Below, one piece after another: positions 9,547 through 20,668 of a stretch of DNA of 64,000 bases. How positions within the stretch are numbered: position 1 is the first letter of the stretch; the number at the start of each line of letters is the position of its first letter. The notes under the pieces were generated by a model, which worked only from the letters and a program-made list of their open reading frames with translations, was not told the DNA's origin and did no database searches. Source of the stretch: Alphaproteobacteria bacterium (GTDB lineage: Bacteria > Pseudomonadota > Alphaproteobacteria > RF32 > CAG-239); NCBI GenBank assembly GCA_015062535.1, contig SUUK01000001.1:399055-463054 (forward strand), written 5' to 3'. The translations under genes and the position numbers were made by a program.

Positions 9547-9760
9547 GTTTATCCCTTTCTAAAATAAAAATAAAAGCTTCTCTAGAAAAAAGAAGAGCGG
9601 TACGACGATTTTCACGTTCAATTCCTTTAACACACCAACCTTCTTTAGCCTGTTCATTTAGCGCTCTTGTTAATTTAACAGGATTAACCTTTCCTCCATT
9701 AAAAAAAATAGAAGCAAACGCATTTTCTGCATACAAAAATACTTTATACTCTTTCATCAC
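9536..9760 (-). CDS. small hypothetical protein
   Basis: 74-aa ORF overlapping the downstream gene by 11 nt (translational coupling). Confidence 0.3.
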   Translation of the reverse strand: MMKEYKVFLYAENAFASIFFNGGKVNPVKLTRALNEQAKEGWCVKGIERENRRTALLFSREAFIFILERDKHES

Positions 9761-9852
9761 ATAGTCCTTTCAAAATATTAAGCACTAATAATTTATTCTA
9801 ATCACATTAAAAAAAGGTTAAAAAAAAACCACCCTCAAAGGGTGGTTTTAAT

Positions 9853-10245
9853 TCAAGAGTTACGATGCGGTCCATCAAAAACGATAACATCACCATATTT
9901 AACCGGAGGAAGCTTTGCTTCTTTCATGTGGAAATACCCCCAACACAAAAGCCCCAAAATAAGCAAACCGAATGTGCAACTAAAAGCGATAACCACCCTT
10001 ACATCAAGCATCTCACAAATAATAATAGAAGCCAAAAAAACTCCCATTGTTATAATAGATGTTGTAACCTTCTTGGTAAAAAAGTGCGCTCCATTCTTAT
10101 ATGCTGCAAGTGTTTCCTCGTCTTTGCAAAAAACGACATCTCCGTTAACAACATCAACAACCGGCAACCCATACTCAACATGGGATTTTTGGAATTCTCG
10201 TTCGAATTCTAAAATTTTTCTCTTTAATAACTCTTCATTTGTCAT
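9853..10245 (-). CDS. hypothetical membrane protein
   Basis: 130-aa ORF with C-terminal 2-3 TM helices. A terminator hairpin lies at 9812-9850. Confidence 0.35.
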   Translation of the reverse strand: MTNEELLKRKILEFEREFQKSHVEYGLPVVDVVNGDVVFCKDEETLAAYKNGAHFFTKKVTTSIITMGVFLASIIICEMLDVRVVIAFSCTFGLLILGLLCWGYFHMKEAKLPPVKYGDVIVFDGPHRNS

Positions 10246-10343
10246 AATACATATCTATTTTTTTGCATAATAATAAATTTTGAAAGCAAACTATAAAAAA
10301 ATTTATATAAAAAGTCAAGTTTTGTTTTGTCTCTCCTTCTCTA

Positions 10344-11006
10344 TTACACAGTTTCCTCTTTTTTATTTGCTATTTTTTTATACCAAAATAAAATCCCCAA
10401 AGAAATAACTGGAAATGCTAATGTAAATAAAATATATTTTGATATTAAAGCAAAATATATGAAACTAAATGCTATAATATTTATACGAAGAATATTGGGT
10501 TTTTTAGAAGTTTTAAATTTTATTACATTGTAAATAAGCACTATTGTGATTAATATCGAAACTAAAATCTTATTTTCGATAAAAAAACCAAATAATACAG
10601 GTTCAGGTTGTTCCGGCATAAAAGCACAAGTGCAAGTGCAATAATTGAATACAGTAACAAGGAACACACAGATAGGAATAATGATAATTGTATAGATATA
10701 CATTTTCAAGTTTATAATTTTTTGTTGGAATTTATTAGGTTCAGGAAGATTAGTTTTAAACTTTTTAAATATAGCTATAATTATCAAATGATATCGTTGA
10801 ATCTCATTGTATATAATATAAAAAGCTAAAAAAATGAATATTATATAAAAATACAAAGAACTATAACATTCATCAATAAACGTTAGGATAATAAAAAAAG
10901 GTATTATTAATGCAATAATTAGTCTATTTAATTTGTATTTGAAAAGTATTTGATTGTATTGATTTAAAGCATTATTTTCCTCAAACATCCTTTTTAATGA
11001 ATTCAT
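10344..11006 (-). CDS. hypothetical polytopic membrane protein, extremely AT-rich
   Basis: 220-aa ORF at roughly 22% GC with 5-6 TM helices and a Cys-rich CTCTCAFMPEQPEP loop. Confidence 0.35.
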   Translation of the reverse strand: MNSLKRMFEENNALNQYNQILFKYKLNRLIIALIIPFFIILTFIDECYSSLYFYIIFIFLAFYIIYNEIQRYHLIIIAIFKKFKTNLPEPNKFQQKIINLKMYIYTIIIIPICVFLVTVFNYCTCTCAFMPEQPEPVLFGFFIENKILVSILITIVLIYNVIKFKTSKKPNILRINIIAFSFIYFALISKYILFTLAFPVISLGILFWYKKIANKKEETV

Positions 11007-11138
11007 AATAATTCTCCTATTTAAAAAAGTACTATCACAAAATCATTTCAAATATATCATAAAAATGCTATAAAGTCAATAATTTCCCCATTTAAGAGTA
11101 TTTTAAAACGCTTATTTACCACTACAAAAAAAACACTA

Positions 11139-11165
11139 AAACCCTAGATTTCTCTAGGGTTTGAA
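11139..11165 (-). terminator. rho-independent terminator downstream of tRNA-Thr
   Basis: On the minus strand, AACCCTAGAGAAATCTAGGGTT hairpin followed by TTTAGTGTTTTTTTT. Confidence 0.55.
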
Positions 11166-11167
11166 GC

Positions 11168-11243
11168 TGGTGCCGATTGGGAGATTCGAACTCCCGACCT
11201 GCCCATTACGAATGGGATGCTCTACCAACTGAGCTAAATCGGC
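11168..11243 (-). tRNA. tRNA-Thr (anticodon CGU)
   Basis: Reverse complement folds as a cloverleaf: acceptor stem GCCGATT/AATCGGC, D-arm GCTC-AGTTGGTA-GAGC, anticodon loop TTCGTAA, T-arm GGGAG-TTCGAAT-CTCCC, encoded CCA. It is near-identical in architecture to E. coli thrW. Confidence 0.9.
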
Positions 11244-11344
11244 AATGCTAAGCTTTTTAGCAATTAACATCAAAATTTGCAAGACTTTTTTCTATATATC
11301 TAACGCATTTTTATCAAGATATTAGATAAAAATACTTTCATTAC

Positions 11345-11707
11345 TTACCTCTCCATGGCCCTTGTCAATTTATGCTTTACCATTTCGCTATAAAGTTCTC
11401 CACCTGTATGAAACTCTACATACAAACCAAGCACAAACATCCAAACAAAAAGAATAATACACATTGTCTCCAAACAACAAATCAGCGTTTCCCCGATATC
11501 AAGCTTACGAAGTTTTCTAGTATATTGTCTTCTAAAAATAAGCACATAAATACAAGAACCAATCGCCAAATTACGATAAGTTATCGGATTATAAAATATA
11601 CCATATGCCCCATGCAAACCTTCATATTGTATTGTAAAGATAGCTAAAACAACCCCAATCCACACCAAAGGATTTAATAATATTTTCTTAAAACTAAACT
11701 GATACAT
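11345..11707 (-). CDS. hypothetical membrane protein (3-4 TM)
   Basis: 120-aa hydrophobic ORF. Confidence 0.35.
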   Translation of the reverse strand: MYQFSFKKILLNPLVWIGVVLAIFTIQYEGLHGAYGIFYNPITYRNLAIGSCIYVLIFRRQYTRKLRKLDIGETLICCLETMCIILFVWMFVLGLYVEFHTGGELYSEMVKHKLTRAMER

Positions 11708-11817
11708 ATTACCTCATTTAATAAAATTTGACATCAGAATAACCGCCAAAAGTAAAAAAACACTTTACTTATCTCAAATTTACTCTAAAATAACCACAAA
11801 TTTTTTGGAGTAATAGA

Positions 11818-12261
11818 ATGTTTTTTCCAGATAAACAATTTATAGATAACCTATCAGAAGGTGAAAAATTTATTTTTTTAAAAGTAATTTGCGGACTTGT
11901 TGCTTGTGATAGACAAGTTACCAAAGAAGAGCTTTTCTACCTAAAAGAAATGGCATTAAAATATGATGTTGGAGCCGACACCCTTACAACAATGATAAAA
12001 TCTGCCAACAAAAAAACTCTTCTAATGCAAGCACGAATGATAGATGAGCGTCCCAAAGCCCTAATGCTTATAAAAGACTTATGTGTAGTTGCAAATAACG
12101 ATAAAGATCTAGAAGATAGCGAAATAGAGTATATTCTTGACATAGCAGAAGTAATGGGTATTGATCCATTAAGAGTAAAAGAAATCAATGAAGCAGTTAA
12201 TGAATACATAGAGCTATCTAAAAAAACATCTATATTACTAGAACAAGAACATTGGACTTAA
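11818..12261 (+). CDS. TerB-like / DjlA-N-terminal-like domain protein
   Basis: 147-aa ORF with a TerB-like pattern (LKVICGLVACDRQVTKEE..L..MA.). Assignment is tentative. Confidence 0.35.
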   Translation: MFFPDKQFIDNLSEGEKFIFLKVICGLVACDRQVTKEELFYLKEMALKYDVGADTLTTMIKSANKKTLLMQARMIDERPKALMLIKDLCVVANNDKDLEDSEIEYILDIAEVMGIDPLRVKEINEAVNEYIELSKKTSILLEQEHWT

Positions 12262-12279
12262 AGAGGTATAAAAACCAAA

Positions 12280-13008
12280 ATGGCAGAAAGAATTGCAAAA
12301 TATCTAGCAAGATGCGGTGTTGCATCAAGACGCAAAGCAGAAACACTTATCAAACAAGAACGCATCACTGTAAACGGCGAAACAATAACAACACCTGCAT
12401 TTTTAATAGAAGGTAATGAAACAATCTTATTTGATGGCGAAAAGATTAATAAAAAAGACAAAACCCGCCTATGGATTTATTATAAACCATGTGGCTTAGT
12501 TGTTTCACATAAAGATGAAAAACAACGAGATACAATCTTTGACCACCTCCCCCATGGTATGCCAAGGGTAATTAGTGTCGGAAGATTAGACTTAAATTCA
12601 GAAGGCTTATTACTACTTACAAACGACGGCGAACTTTCTCGCCAACTAGAACTCCCCGAAAATGGTTGGAGCAGACGCTATCGTGTAAAGGTACATGGTT
12701 TCTTAAATGAAAAGCGCCTAAAAGAGCTTGAAAAAGGTACAACAATTGATGGTATAACATATAGTCCATGCAAAATTACTATTGATTCTAAGCAAACCAC
12801 CAATGCTTGGTTAACTATCTCACTTAATGAAGGGAAAAACCGAGAAATCAGAAAGCTAATGGCTTCAATAGACCTAAATGTTGCAAGATTAATTAGAATA
12901 TCTTATGGACCATTCCAATTAGGAAACCTCAAAGAAGGTGAAACCAAAGAAATACCATCAAAAGTTCTAAAAGAGCAATTAGGAAAGAGCTTTACAATAT
13001 GCGAATAA
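12280..13008 (+). CDS. rRNA pseudouridine synthase, RsuA/RluB family (S4 domain + catalytic domain)
   Basis: N-terminal S4 domain (RIAKYLARCGVASRRKAETLI) followed by the catalytic motif GRLDLNSEGLLLLTNDG. Confidence 0.8.
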   Translation: MAERIAKYLARCGVASRRKAETLIKQERITVNGETITTPAFLIEGNETILFDGEKINKKDKTRLWIYYKPCGLVVSHKDEKQRDTIFDHLPHGMPRVISVGRLDLNSEGLLLLTNDGELSRQLELPENGWSRRYRVKVHGFLNEKRLKELEKGTTIDGITYSPCKITIDSKQTTNAWLTISLNEGKNREIRKLMASIDLNVARLIRISYGPFQLGNLKEGETKEIPSKVLKEQLGKSFTICE

Positions 13009-13532
13009 TTTCAGGAAATTTACGTGGAAAAAAGCTTTTCACTCCCAAAGATGCCAACGTTCGTCCAACAACAGACCGAACTCGTGAATCAATCTATAAT
13101 ATACTATATTCCAAACTAGATAAACCATTTCAAGAATACAGCATATTAGATATTTTTTCAGGAACTGGAGCCTTTGGTTTAGAAGCATTATCACGTGGTG
13201 CCAAAGATGCAACATTTGTTGATATAGACTTAAATTTAACAAAAAAAAATATTGACCTATGTGGCTTTAAAAATACCATGCTAATCAAAAGTGATGCAAG
13301 GTTTATCGGCAAAGCAAAACAAACTTATGATATCGTTTTTATGGATGCTCCCTATAATAAAGGACTAACCGAGCCAGTTTTAGACAATCTCTATAAAAAC
13401 AACTACTTAACCCCCAATACCATCATCATAGTAGAACTTGCTAAAAACGAAGACCTAAACCTAGATGATAGATTTAACATCATAGATACTAGAATTTATG
13501 GCGTATCCAAAGTAATTTTTCTAAACATCTAA
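12999..13532 (+). CDS. rsmD: 16S rRNA (guanine966-N2)-methyltransferase RsmD
   Basis: MRIISGNLRGKKL..TTDRTRESIYNIL..DIFSGTGAFGLEALSRGA..FMDAPYN. Confidence 0.8.
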   Translation: MRIISGNLRGKKLFTPKDANVRPTTDRTRESIYNILYSKLDKPFQEYSILDIFSGTGAFGLEALSRGAKDATFVDIDLNLTKKNIDLCGFKNTMLIKSDARFIGKAKQTYDIVFMDAPYNKGLTEPVLDNLYKNNYLTPNTIIIVELAKNEDLNLDDRFNIIDTRIYGVSKVIFLNI

Positions 13533-13560
13533 GCTAAACATTTATTTTATCCCTTAACAA

Positions 13561-13595
13561 AAAGGCGCTATCTAATAACAGCGCCTTTTTCATTT
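13561..13595. terminator. bidirectional terminator between rsmD and gyrA
   Basis: AAAGGCGCT..AGCGCCTTTTTCATTTT. Confidence 0.55.
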
Positions 13596-13619
13596 TAAAC
13601 AATAAGTTATTTCTACTTA

Positions 13620-16379
13620 TTACTCTTCTGCCTCAACTTCACCAAACTCAGAAACTGCATTTTCATCAATTTCCTCATCATCAGTGTCATCATCAGCATC
13701 AAGCCATGTAACAGAAACCACACTCTCACCTTCTGCTGTTCTAAATAGAATTACACCTTGTGTCTTACGACCAGCAATTCTAATATCTTCAACCGGCATA
13801 CGGATAAGCTTACCACCATCTGTCACCATCATAATTTGGCTATCATCTTTAATTGGGAATGAGCTTACAACTTCTTTGTTACGTTCACTCATTTCCATAT
13901 TAGCCACACCTTGTCCACCACGAGCAGTAATTCTGTATTCATAAGCAGAACTTCTCTTACCATAACCCGTAGATGTTACACTTAAGATAAACTCTTCGTT
14001 TTCTCTCATTTCCTTAAACAAGTCATAACTAATCTTTGGCTCTAAAGTATTAAAGATATTTTCTTCATTACTTGCTTCATATTCAGCTTTCTTCAAACTA
14101 GATGAAAGTCTTAAATATTCATCACGTTCATCTGTTGATGCCTTAACGTGTTTCAAGATAGACATAGAAATAACTTCATCACCCGGTGCAAGCTTAATAC
14201 CTCTAACACCTGAGCTATTACGTCCAACAAAGACTCTACAATCAGCCACCGCAAATCTATTACATTTACCGCCACGTGCAGCCAACATTACATCATCATT
14301 GTCATCACAAATAGCCACATTAACAAGCTTATCACCCTCGTCTAACTTCATTGCAATCTTACCATTAGATTGAACGTTTACAAAATCAAGAAGTGAGTTA
14401 CGACGGATGTTACCTTGTGCTGTTGCAAACATAACAGACATATCTTTGCACTCTTGCTCATTTTCTGGCAATTTCAAGATAGTTGTAATAGTTTCGCCTT
14501 CAGTCAAAGGCAATAAGTTCACAAATGGCTTACCTTTAGATGTTGGAGAACCAAGAGGAAGTTTATAAACCTTCATCTTATAAACAATACCCTTAGAAGA
14601 GAAGAACAATACAGGAGTATGAGTACTTGCCACAAATAAACGTGTAACAAAATCCTCTTCTTTAGTTGTCATACCAGATTTACCCTTACCGCCTCTCTTT
14701 TGAGCTTTATAAGCATTCAAAGGAACACGTTTAATATATCCAGCATCAGTAACGGTAACAACCATTTCTTCTCTTTGGATAAGAGATTCAATATCAGTAT
14801 CAACTTCAATATCTTCAATCTTAGTTCTTCTTGGGTTAGCATATTCAAGTTTAATAGCTTGGAATTCATCTTTCATAATACCGAGCAATTTCTCACGACT
14901 AGCTAAAATTGATAGATATTCTTTAATCTCTTCACCCAAAGCTCTCAATTCATCATGAATCTTATCACGTTCCAAACCTGTTAATCTATGTAATCTCAAA
15001 TCAAGAATAGCTTTAGCTTGAGCTTCACTTAATTTATAGATACCATTTTCGACATTTCTTCCAGGTTCTGCAATAAGTTCAACAAGCGCTGCCACATCAC
15101 CTGCTGGCCAATCTCTTGCCATCAAAGCATCTTTAGCAACAATTGGATTTTCAGCAGTTTTGATTAACTCAATAACAGGGTCAAGATTTTCAACTGCAAT
15201 TGCCAAACCAACCAATACATGCGCTCTATCACGAGCTTTATTGAGTTTATAAACAGTTCTACGACGAATTACTTCTTCTCTAAACTTAACAAATGCGCTA
15301 ATGATGTCTTTTAAGTTCATCATCATTGGGCGACCGTTGTTAATCGCAAGCATATTCATACCAAAGCTTGTTTGGAGTTGTGTATATTTATAGAGTTGGT
15401 TAAGAACCACATCAGCTTGAAATTCTTTCTTAACCTCAACCACAACTCTAACACCTTGACGGTCAGACTCATCACGAATATCAGAAATACCTTCAACTCT
15501 TTTTTCTTTAACAAGCTCTGCAATCTTTTGTACAAGCATAGCTTTATTAACTTGGTAAGGAATTTCATGAACAATAATCGCTTCTCTATCTTTTCTAATT
15601 TCTTCAATAGTGCATTTTGCTCTCATCATCACAGAACCACGACCGGTTAGATATGCATTTTTCGCACCACCATATCCCAAGATTAAACCACCTGTTGGGA
15701 AGTCTGGTCCAGGAACAATCTTAATTAAATCTTCAATAGAAATATCTGGATTATCAACATAAGCACGGCACGCATCTAGCACTTCACCTAAGTTATGAGG
15801 AGCAATGTTAGTTGCCATACCAACCGCAATACCATTAGTACCATTAACAAGCAAGTTTGGATATCTAGCAGGAAGCACTGTAGGCTCTTTTAGGCTCTCA
15901 TCATAGTTAGGCATAAAATCAACTGTGTCACACTCAATATCTTCAATAAGAGAGTGAGCAACTTTAGCAAGTCTTGCCTCAGTATAACGCATAGCAGCAG
16001 CTGAGTCACCATCCATAGAACCAAAGTTACCTTGACCATCAATAAGAGGCAATCTCATAGAGAAAGGTTGAGCCATACGAACCATTGCTTCATAAACAGA
16101 GCTATCACCATGAGGGTGATATTTACCCATAACCTCACCCACGATACGGGCAGATTTCTTAAATGGTTTATTAAAATCATATCCATTTTCATACGCAGCA
16201 TAAATAATACGACGATGCACTGGTTTCAAACCATCTCTAACATCAGGAAGTGCACGAGAAACAATCACACTCATTGCATAATCAAGATAAGAGCGTCTCA
16301 TTTCATCAACAATCATTGTGGGGGCAATATTTTCTTTTGTTAAATCAACCGCCACATTGCTTTCTAAATCTTCACTCAT
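13620..16379 (-). CDS. gyrA: DNA gyrase subunit A
   Basis: The 919-aa protein carries the [10 protein letters not shown] active-site Tyr region, C-terminal beta-pinwheel repeats and an acidic tail. Confidence 0.95.
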   Translation of the reverse strand: MSEDLESNVAVDLTKENIAPTMIVDEMRRSYLDYAMSVIVSRALPDVRDGLKPVHRRIIYAAYENGYDFNKPFKKSARIVGEVMGKYHPHGDSSVYEAMVRMAQPFSMRLPLIDGQGNFGSMDGDSAAAMRYTEARLAKVAHSLIEDIECDTVDFMPNYDESLKEPTVLPARYPNLLVNGTNGIAVGMATNIAPHNLGEVLDACRAYVDNPDISIEDLIKIVPGPDFPTGGLILGYGGAKNAYLTGRGSVMMRAKCTIEEIRKDREAIIVHEIPYQVNKAMLVQKIAELVKEKRVEGISDIRDESDRQGVRVVVEVKKEFQADVVLNQLYKYTQLQTSFGMNMLAINNGRPMMMNLKDIISAFVKFREEVIRRRTVYKLNKARDRAHVLVGLAIAVENLDPVIELIKTAENPIVAKDALMARDWPAGDVAALVELIAEPGRNVENGIYKLSEAQAKAILDLRLHRLTGLERDKIHDELRALGEEIKEYLSILASREKLLGIMKDEFQAIKLEYANPRRTKIEDIEVDTDIESLIQREEMVVTVTDAGYIKRVPLNAYKAQKRGGKGKSGMTTKEEDFVTRLFVASTHTPVLFFSSKGIVYKMKVYKLPLGSPTSKGKPFVNLLPLTEGETITTILKLPENEQECKDMSVMFATAQGNIRRNSLLDFVNVQSNGKIAMKLDEGDKLVNVAICDDNDDVMLAARGGKCNRFAVADCRVFVGRNSSGVRGIKLAPGDEVISMSILKHVKASTDERDEYLRLSSSLKKAEYEASNEENIFNTLEPKISYDLFKEMRENEEFILSVTSTGYGKRSSAYEYRITARGGQGVANMEMSERNKEVVSSFPIKDDSQIMMVTDGGKLIRMPVEDIRIAGRKTQGVILFRTAEGESVVSVTWLDADDDTDDEEIDENAVSEFGEVEAEE

Positions 16380-16587
16380 AAATTTTACCTCTAATTTAGT
16401 TAAAATCTCAAAAATTCATCTAAAATCATACAAAAATTCTAAAAAAACACAAAACCCATTTTAAACTTATCCCCATTAAAGCCGATTTTTTTCGTTTTGA
16501 GAGGGGTATAAATTTATTTCAAAGGGAGTGTCGAGATTTATTACTATCTATATTAACATTTTTTATAATATAAAATACACCTAAATC

Positions 16588-16627
16588 AAAAAAGCGCTTA
16601 ACATTTAATCAAGCGCTTTTTTTATTA
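16588..16627. terminator. rho-independent terminator hairpin
   Basis: AAAAAAGCGCTT..AAGCGCTTTTTTTATT. Confidence 0.5.
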
Positions 16628-16641
16628 ACCTTTTATAAAAA

Positions 16642-17592
16642 CTATCGACAAGCAACAGCTCTTTTAATTTTCATATCTTGAGGTACTTTCTTTGTTTTTT
16701 CTGCTTTTTTAGTTTTTTGAACTTTTTTAGAAACCTTAGTATATAAAGCTTTTAGCTCTAATGAAAACTTTTTCCAATCCGTATTTTCATCAAAACCTAG
16801 CGCATATACATCTCTTCCCTCTTTTTGGTAAGCCAAAGCAATTTTATCCCAATTTTCTACACCTTTCTTATTATATAAAATAATTTGCGGTATATCTGGA
16901 AAACAAGTAAGCATATACCAAGTATGAGTACCAGCAATACCAACAGCCATATCTACTTTATCATACAAATTCAAATATTGGTCATGATTAACACCTCTAA
17001 TACCAAAAACTTCCTCATGCTCAGTCTTACCAGGAACATACATTGAAAATTCTTTAGCAATATTTTCTACATGCTCTAAATCATTAACTTTATGAAAATG
17101 TTGACCTAAAATTACAAAAACATCATCTTCATACTTAAAAAATCCAAAAGCTTCCAATGGAACAGACTGCTGTTTAGCACTAACACCGCACAAACCATCA
17201 GAAAAAAGCTTTTGAGGAATAAGCATAACCCTAAAACCTTTGTCATCTATCCCCTCAAATTTTGGTAAATTCTTCCTTCTTTTAGGATTTAACTTATGTT
17301 TGGCAAAAGTCTTCCACATAGAACCGCTAATTTTTCTACTTAATATTTTTTTACGATAGCTAACCCCCTCTTTTAGAAGTTTTTTTGACTTATCCCATGA
17401 AGCCTTTTTCATTTCAGGAAAAAAAGGAGATAAACGATTATAAATATCTTCTGTTTCTTTCTCAAATTCTTCTTTGGTTGTTTTTTCGCTACAAGCAACT
17501 ACTTCTTTCATATTATAAGTTTTTGCAAACAAAAGCTCCATAAAACCATGTCCACCAGCAGAAGTTATAAGTGCAGTATGTTTTCTTCTCAT
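16642..17592 (-). CDS. hypothetical protein (possible glycosyltransferase-like; weak)
   Basis: 316-aa ORF, lysine-rich at the C-terminus, with a TSAGGHG motif near the N-terminus and no TM segment. Confidence 0.25.
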   Translation of the reverse strand: MRRKHTALITSAGGHGFMELLFAKTYNMKEVVACSEKTTKEEFEKETEDIYNRLSPFFPEMKKASWDKSKKLLKEGVSYRKKILSRKISGSMWKTFAKHKLNPKRRKNLPKFEGIDDKGFRVMLIPQKLFSDGLCGVSAKQQSVPLEAFGFFKYEDDVFVILGQHFHKVNDLEHVENIAKEFSMYVPGKTEHEEVFGIRGVNHDQYLNLYDKVDMAVGIAGTHTWYMLTCFPDIPQIILYNKKGVENWDKIALAYQKEGRDVYALGFDENTDWKKFSLELKALYTKVSKKVQKTKKAEKTKKVPQDMKIKRAVACR

Positions 17593-17779
17593 CTCTCCTC
17601 CTCATCTAGCTTAATTAAAGCCAGATTTTTATTTGCACATTTTCAGTATCTTACCACATTTTTACCCCTTGGTCAACACAAAAAGAGCCATATTTTGTCA
17701 AGAGTGTCTAAAAAAAAACAACAAACACAAAAAATTCCTTTAAAAACAGGGACTTCACAAATCAAATAAAATCAATTAA

Positions 17780-18271
17780 TTAATACATTAAACTAAAAAA
17801 GAGCTTTCCTATTGTTGTTAAAATTTTAGCCCCTTTACTTCTTTTATCTTCTCTAACATATCCTTCTTTTGCAAGTCTCCCTTCTTCAGTATAAAAACGC
17901 CAACCCCCTACTGGTTTACCTTCTTTATAATTACCTTCTTCTAACAAGTTTCCATTTTCATAATAAATTTTCCTTGGACCATCCAATTTTCCATCAACAT
18001 AATTTTCGTCAATCTTAAGATTACCATTTTCAAAATAAACTTTTGTGTTTCCATCTAGTTTTCCATCTTTAAAAGTTTGAACAACCCATAAATTTCCATT
18101 TAAATATTTGCTAAACCCTATCCCTGTATAAGGATTACGATATATATCTTCACAATAAAATCCCTTATTTTTATTGCAACGCAAATCATTCATATCAACA
18201 CCCCAAAACCGTGTTTGAGCCATCAAATTAAACGAAAACAAAACCATAAAACACAATATAACGTACTTCAT
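17780..18271 (-). CDS. secreted MORN-variant / YwqK-family repeat protein
   Basis: Signal peptide MKYVILCFMVLFSFNLMAQ followed by tandem ..G(K/N)LDG..Y(Y/F)ENGNL.. repeats. Confidence 0.55.
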   Translation of the reverse strand: MKYVILCFMVLFSFNLMAQTRFWGVDMNDLRCNKNKGFYCEDIYRNPYTGIGFSKYLNGNLWVVQTFKDGKLDGNTKVYFENGNLKIDENYVDGKLDGPRKIYYENGNLLEEGNYKEGKPVGGWRFYTEEGRLAKEGYVREDKRSKGAKILTTIGKLFFSLMY

Positions 18272-18362
18272 ATCCTCTCCCATAACCCTGAAATAAAATA
18301 CTTATATCCATGCATCATATCACAAAACAAACATAAATACAATAATTATTACCAGTAACTTT

Positions 18363-19787
18363 CTAATACCGTCTAAGATAAATAAAATCAGACACCATAT
18401 AATCACTTTCTAACAAAGACTTATCAATCTTTTGCAAAGTCTTACAATTACCTAAATCTTGCTCATTTTTTTCATTTAAACAACCGAGCATAACAGCATC
18501 TATATGAGCAATAATTTTCGGCTTCTTTTCTTTAATAATTTTATTTATATCTGGAAATTCATGCCTTTTAAACAATTTATAATCAAGCAAAGAAACACTC
18601 CAACCATACCAGTAATATCCTAAAGCATTTTTCCTAAGTCCACCAGTCCATATATCACCAGGAATAATCTCATCATTTTCATCACTAAGAGATAACTCGA
18701 CCTTAGTTAATCTCACAAACGAAGAAAGATGAACAGCATAATATGAATTAAACCAATACAAAAATCTCCCAATTCCAGCCATAATAAAAAAACTAAAGAT
18801 AATTATATCTTTTTTATCAAACAATCTTTTAGAAACATAAGCTATTAAAATTACCAAAAAAGGATACAAAGGTAAAAAATAATGAAAATATGGAGCATAC
18901 CATAAAACAATAGCAACCTGTGCCCAAAGCATTATAATTAACGCCCGACAATAGTAATTAGATGATTTTATAAAACAAACACAAATTAAACTAATTAATA
19001 CAGGAACAATAAATATCGTGCGCCTATAAAGTATTCCTGCAACCGTAAGCTTCAAATTTAACAACCAATTTAGTTCAAAATAATCTTTTAACGCCCCTTC
19101 AAAATACATATATCCAACATATGCTAAAATTCCGCATATTGGAACAACAAGCCACCCCAATTCTTTTTTTATATTTTTATTATCTCTTGGTAAAAATAAT
19201 ATTATTCCGCCCATTACAATAAGCGACATAACTATTTTTTGCATTGTCATAAAAGACAAGAAAAACAGAATATATGAAACAATCAATTTTCTAAAATCTG
19301 TCTTTTCAACATAACAAAAAAAGTAATATATCCCTGCAATAAAAAACAAAATTCCTAAATTATCTGGCCTAAATTCTTTTCCACCACTCCATACAGCCTC
19401 AAACAAAAAATATAACAAACCTCCAACGATTGCCTCTTTTTTATTTAACCCTGTAAATTTCCCCAATTTATAAATAAAATATAAAATACCAACGTTTATT
19501 ACCACGCCAAAACCGCGCAAAACATACCAAATTAAATGAGAATTTTTAAACCAAATCAAAAAAGGTGCAAACACATACCAAAGCAACGGATGATGATGTT
19601 GAAAAAAATCACGATAAGGCATATACCCATTATAAATCATATACGAAGAATATAAATGCTCTCTCTCATCAATATTAAGATGCCAACTAAAAGTATTATA
19701 TAAAAAAGCTAATACTTCAACAACCGCTAACATTATCAAAAAAAAGTCTGCATAAAAACTTTTATTTTTAATAAATTTAAACATCAA
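18363..19787 (-). CDS. polytopic membrane glycosyltransferase, GT-C fold (ArnT/PMT-like)
   Basis: 474 aa with at least 10 TM helices and a DEREH motif in the first extracytoplasmic loop. The protein is aromatic-rich. Confidence 0.4.
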   Translation of the reverse strand: MMFKFIKNKSFYADFFLIMLAVVEVLAFLYNTFSWHLNIDEREHLYSSYMIYNGYMPYRDFFQHHHPLLWYVFAPFLIWFKNSHLIWYVLRGFGVVINVGILYFIYKLGKFTGLNKKEAIVGGLLYFLFEAVWSGGKEFRPDNLGILFFIAGIYYFFCYVEKTDFRKLIVSYILFFLSFMTMQKIVMSLIVMGGIILFLPRDNKNIKKELGWLVVPICGILAYVGYMYFEGALKDYFELNWLLNLKLTVAGILYRRTIFIVPVLISLICVCFIKSSNYYCRALIIMLWAQVAIVLWYAPYFHYFLPLYPFLVILIAYVSKRLFDKKDIIIFSFFIMAGIGRFLYWFNSYYAVHLSSFVRLTKVELSLSDENDEIIPGDIWTGGLRKNALGYYWYGWSVSLLDYKLFKRHEFPDINKIIKEKKPKIIAHIDAVMLGCLNEKNEQDLGNCKTLQKIDKSLLESDYMVSDFIYLRRY

Positions 19788-19897
19788 TCACCTTTTCTTA
19801 ACTTTTATACCAAATTTATTATAATTAATCATTATGCTCTATCAAACTCAACTAAAACTCTAAAAATTTCCCCAACAATAACTCTTGCATCAACATT

Positions 19898-20599
19898 TTA
19901 TGGTATAAATCTTACGGTCTTATCTGATTTTTCATCAGATATTATTTCCATCTTGCCACCTCTAAAAACAACCGCCGCACAATCATCTATTGCCACCCCT
20001 CTAATATTCTTTTCTTTTAGCAATAAATTGATTTTTTCACGTTCTTTCTCATTAAGCCAATCATAATGAGGAACACCAAAATCCTTAACAAAACCAAGCC
20101 CTCTAACCAAAGCTAAATCATCAAGTTTTTCAATATCATCCATATTATCATACCAATCAAACCAACAAATTGCTCCAGCAGAAATCCCCGCCAAAACAAT
20201 CCCTTTTTCATATGCTTCAAATAAAATTTTATCAAGTTTTTGTTCTTTCCACACTTTAAGCATATGAGTAGTGTCCCCTCCTCCAACATAAATAATGTCA
20301 GAACAAAGCACTCTTTTTCTTATTTCTTCATAAGCCAATTGCTCTGTTTCGATACATAAAGCATCAACACTCAAACAACCTAGCCTTTCAACATACTGCT
20401 TATAAACAACTTTAGGATAATGAGGTCTATCATGTGTAGCTGTTCCAATAAATAAAACCTTAGGATGAGGTTTATTTGTAAGTCTTACCACCAAACTATC
20501 AATATGGGTTGTTTCAATGGGGGTTTGATACTCTGTCCCATCATCTAACTTGGCAATACGCCCCATTTCACCACCACCAATAGCTACAATTATTTTCAT
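19898..20599 (-). CDS. S51-family peptidase (dipeptidase E / cyanophycinase-like, class I glutamine amidotransferase-like fold)
   Basis: GGGDT and GISAGA (Ser nucleophile) motifs. Length is 233 aa. Confidence 0.7.
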   Translation of the reverse strand: MKIIVAIGGGEMGRIAKLDDGTEYQTPIETTHIDSLVVRLTNKPHPKVLFIGTATHDRPHYPKVVYKQYVERLGCLSVDALCIETEQLAYEEIRKRVLCSDIIYVGGGDTTHMLKVWKEQKLDKILFEAYEKGIVLAGISAGAICWFDWYDNMDDIEKLDDLALVRGLGFVKDFGVPHYDWLNEKEREKINLLLKEKNIRGVAIDDCAAVVFRGGKMEIISDEKSDKTVRFIP

Positions 20600-20639
20600 C
20601 TATCATCTCCATGAAATTTATCTAACATATATCACAAAA

Positions 20640-20668
20640 AAACTTAAGTATTTGTAAACAAAAAAACC
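20640..20668 (-). terminator. rho-independent terminator on minus strand
   Basis: On the minus strand, AAAACCGTCCGAGAGGGCGGTTTTTTGTTT. Confidence 0.45.

Noticed and set aside
11168-11243. tRNA-Thr as the prophage attachment site
   Set aside because: The tRNA is 10 kb from the prophage boundary and the prophage uses a serine recombinase. No partial tRNA duplicate was found near 21000 or 55000.
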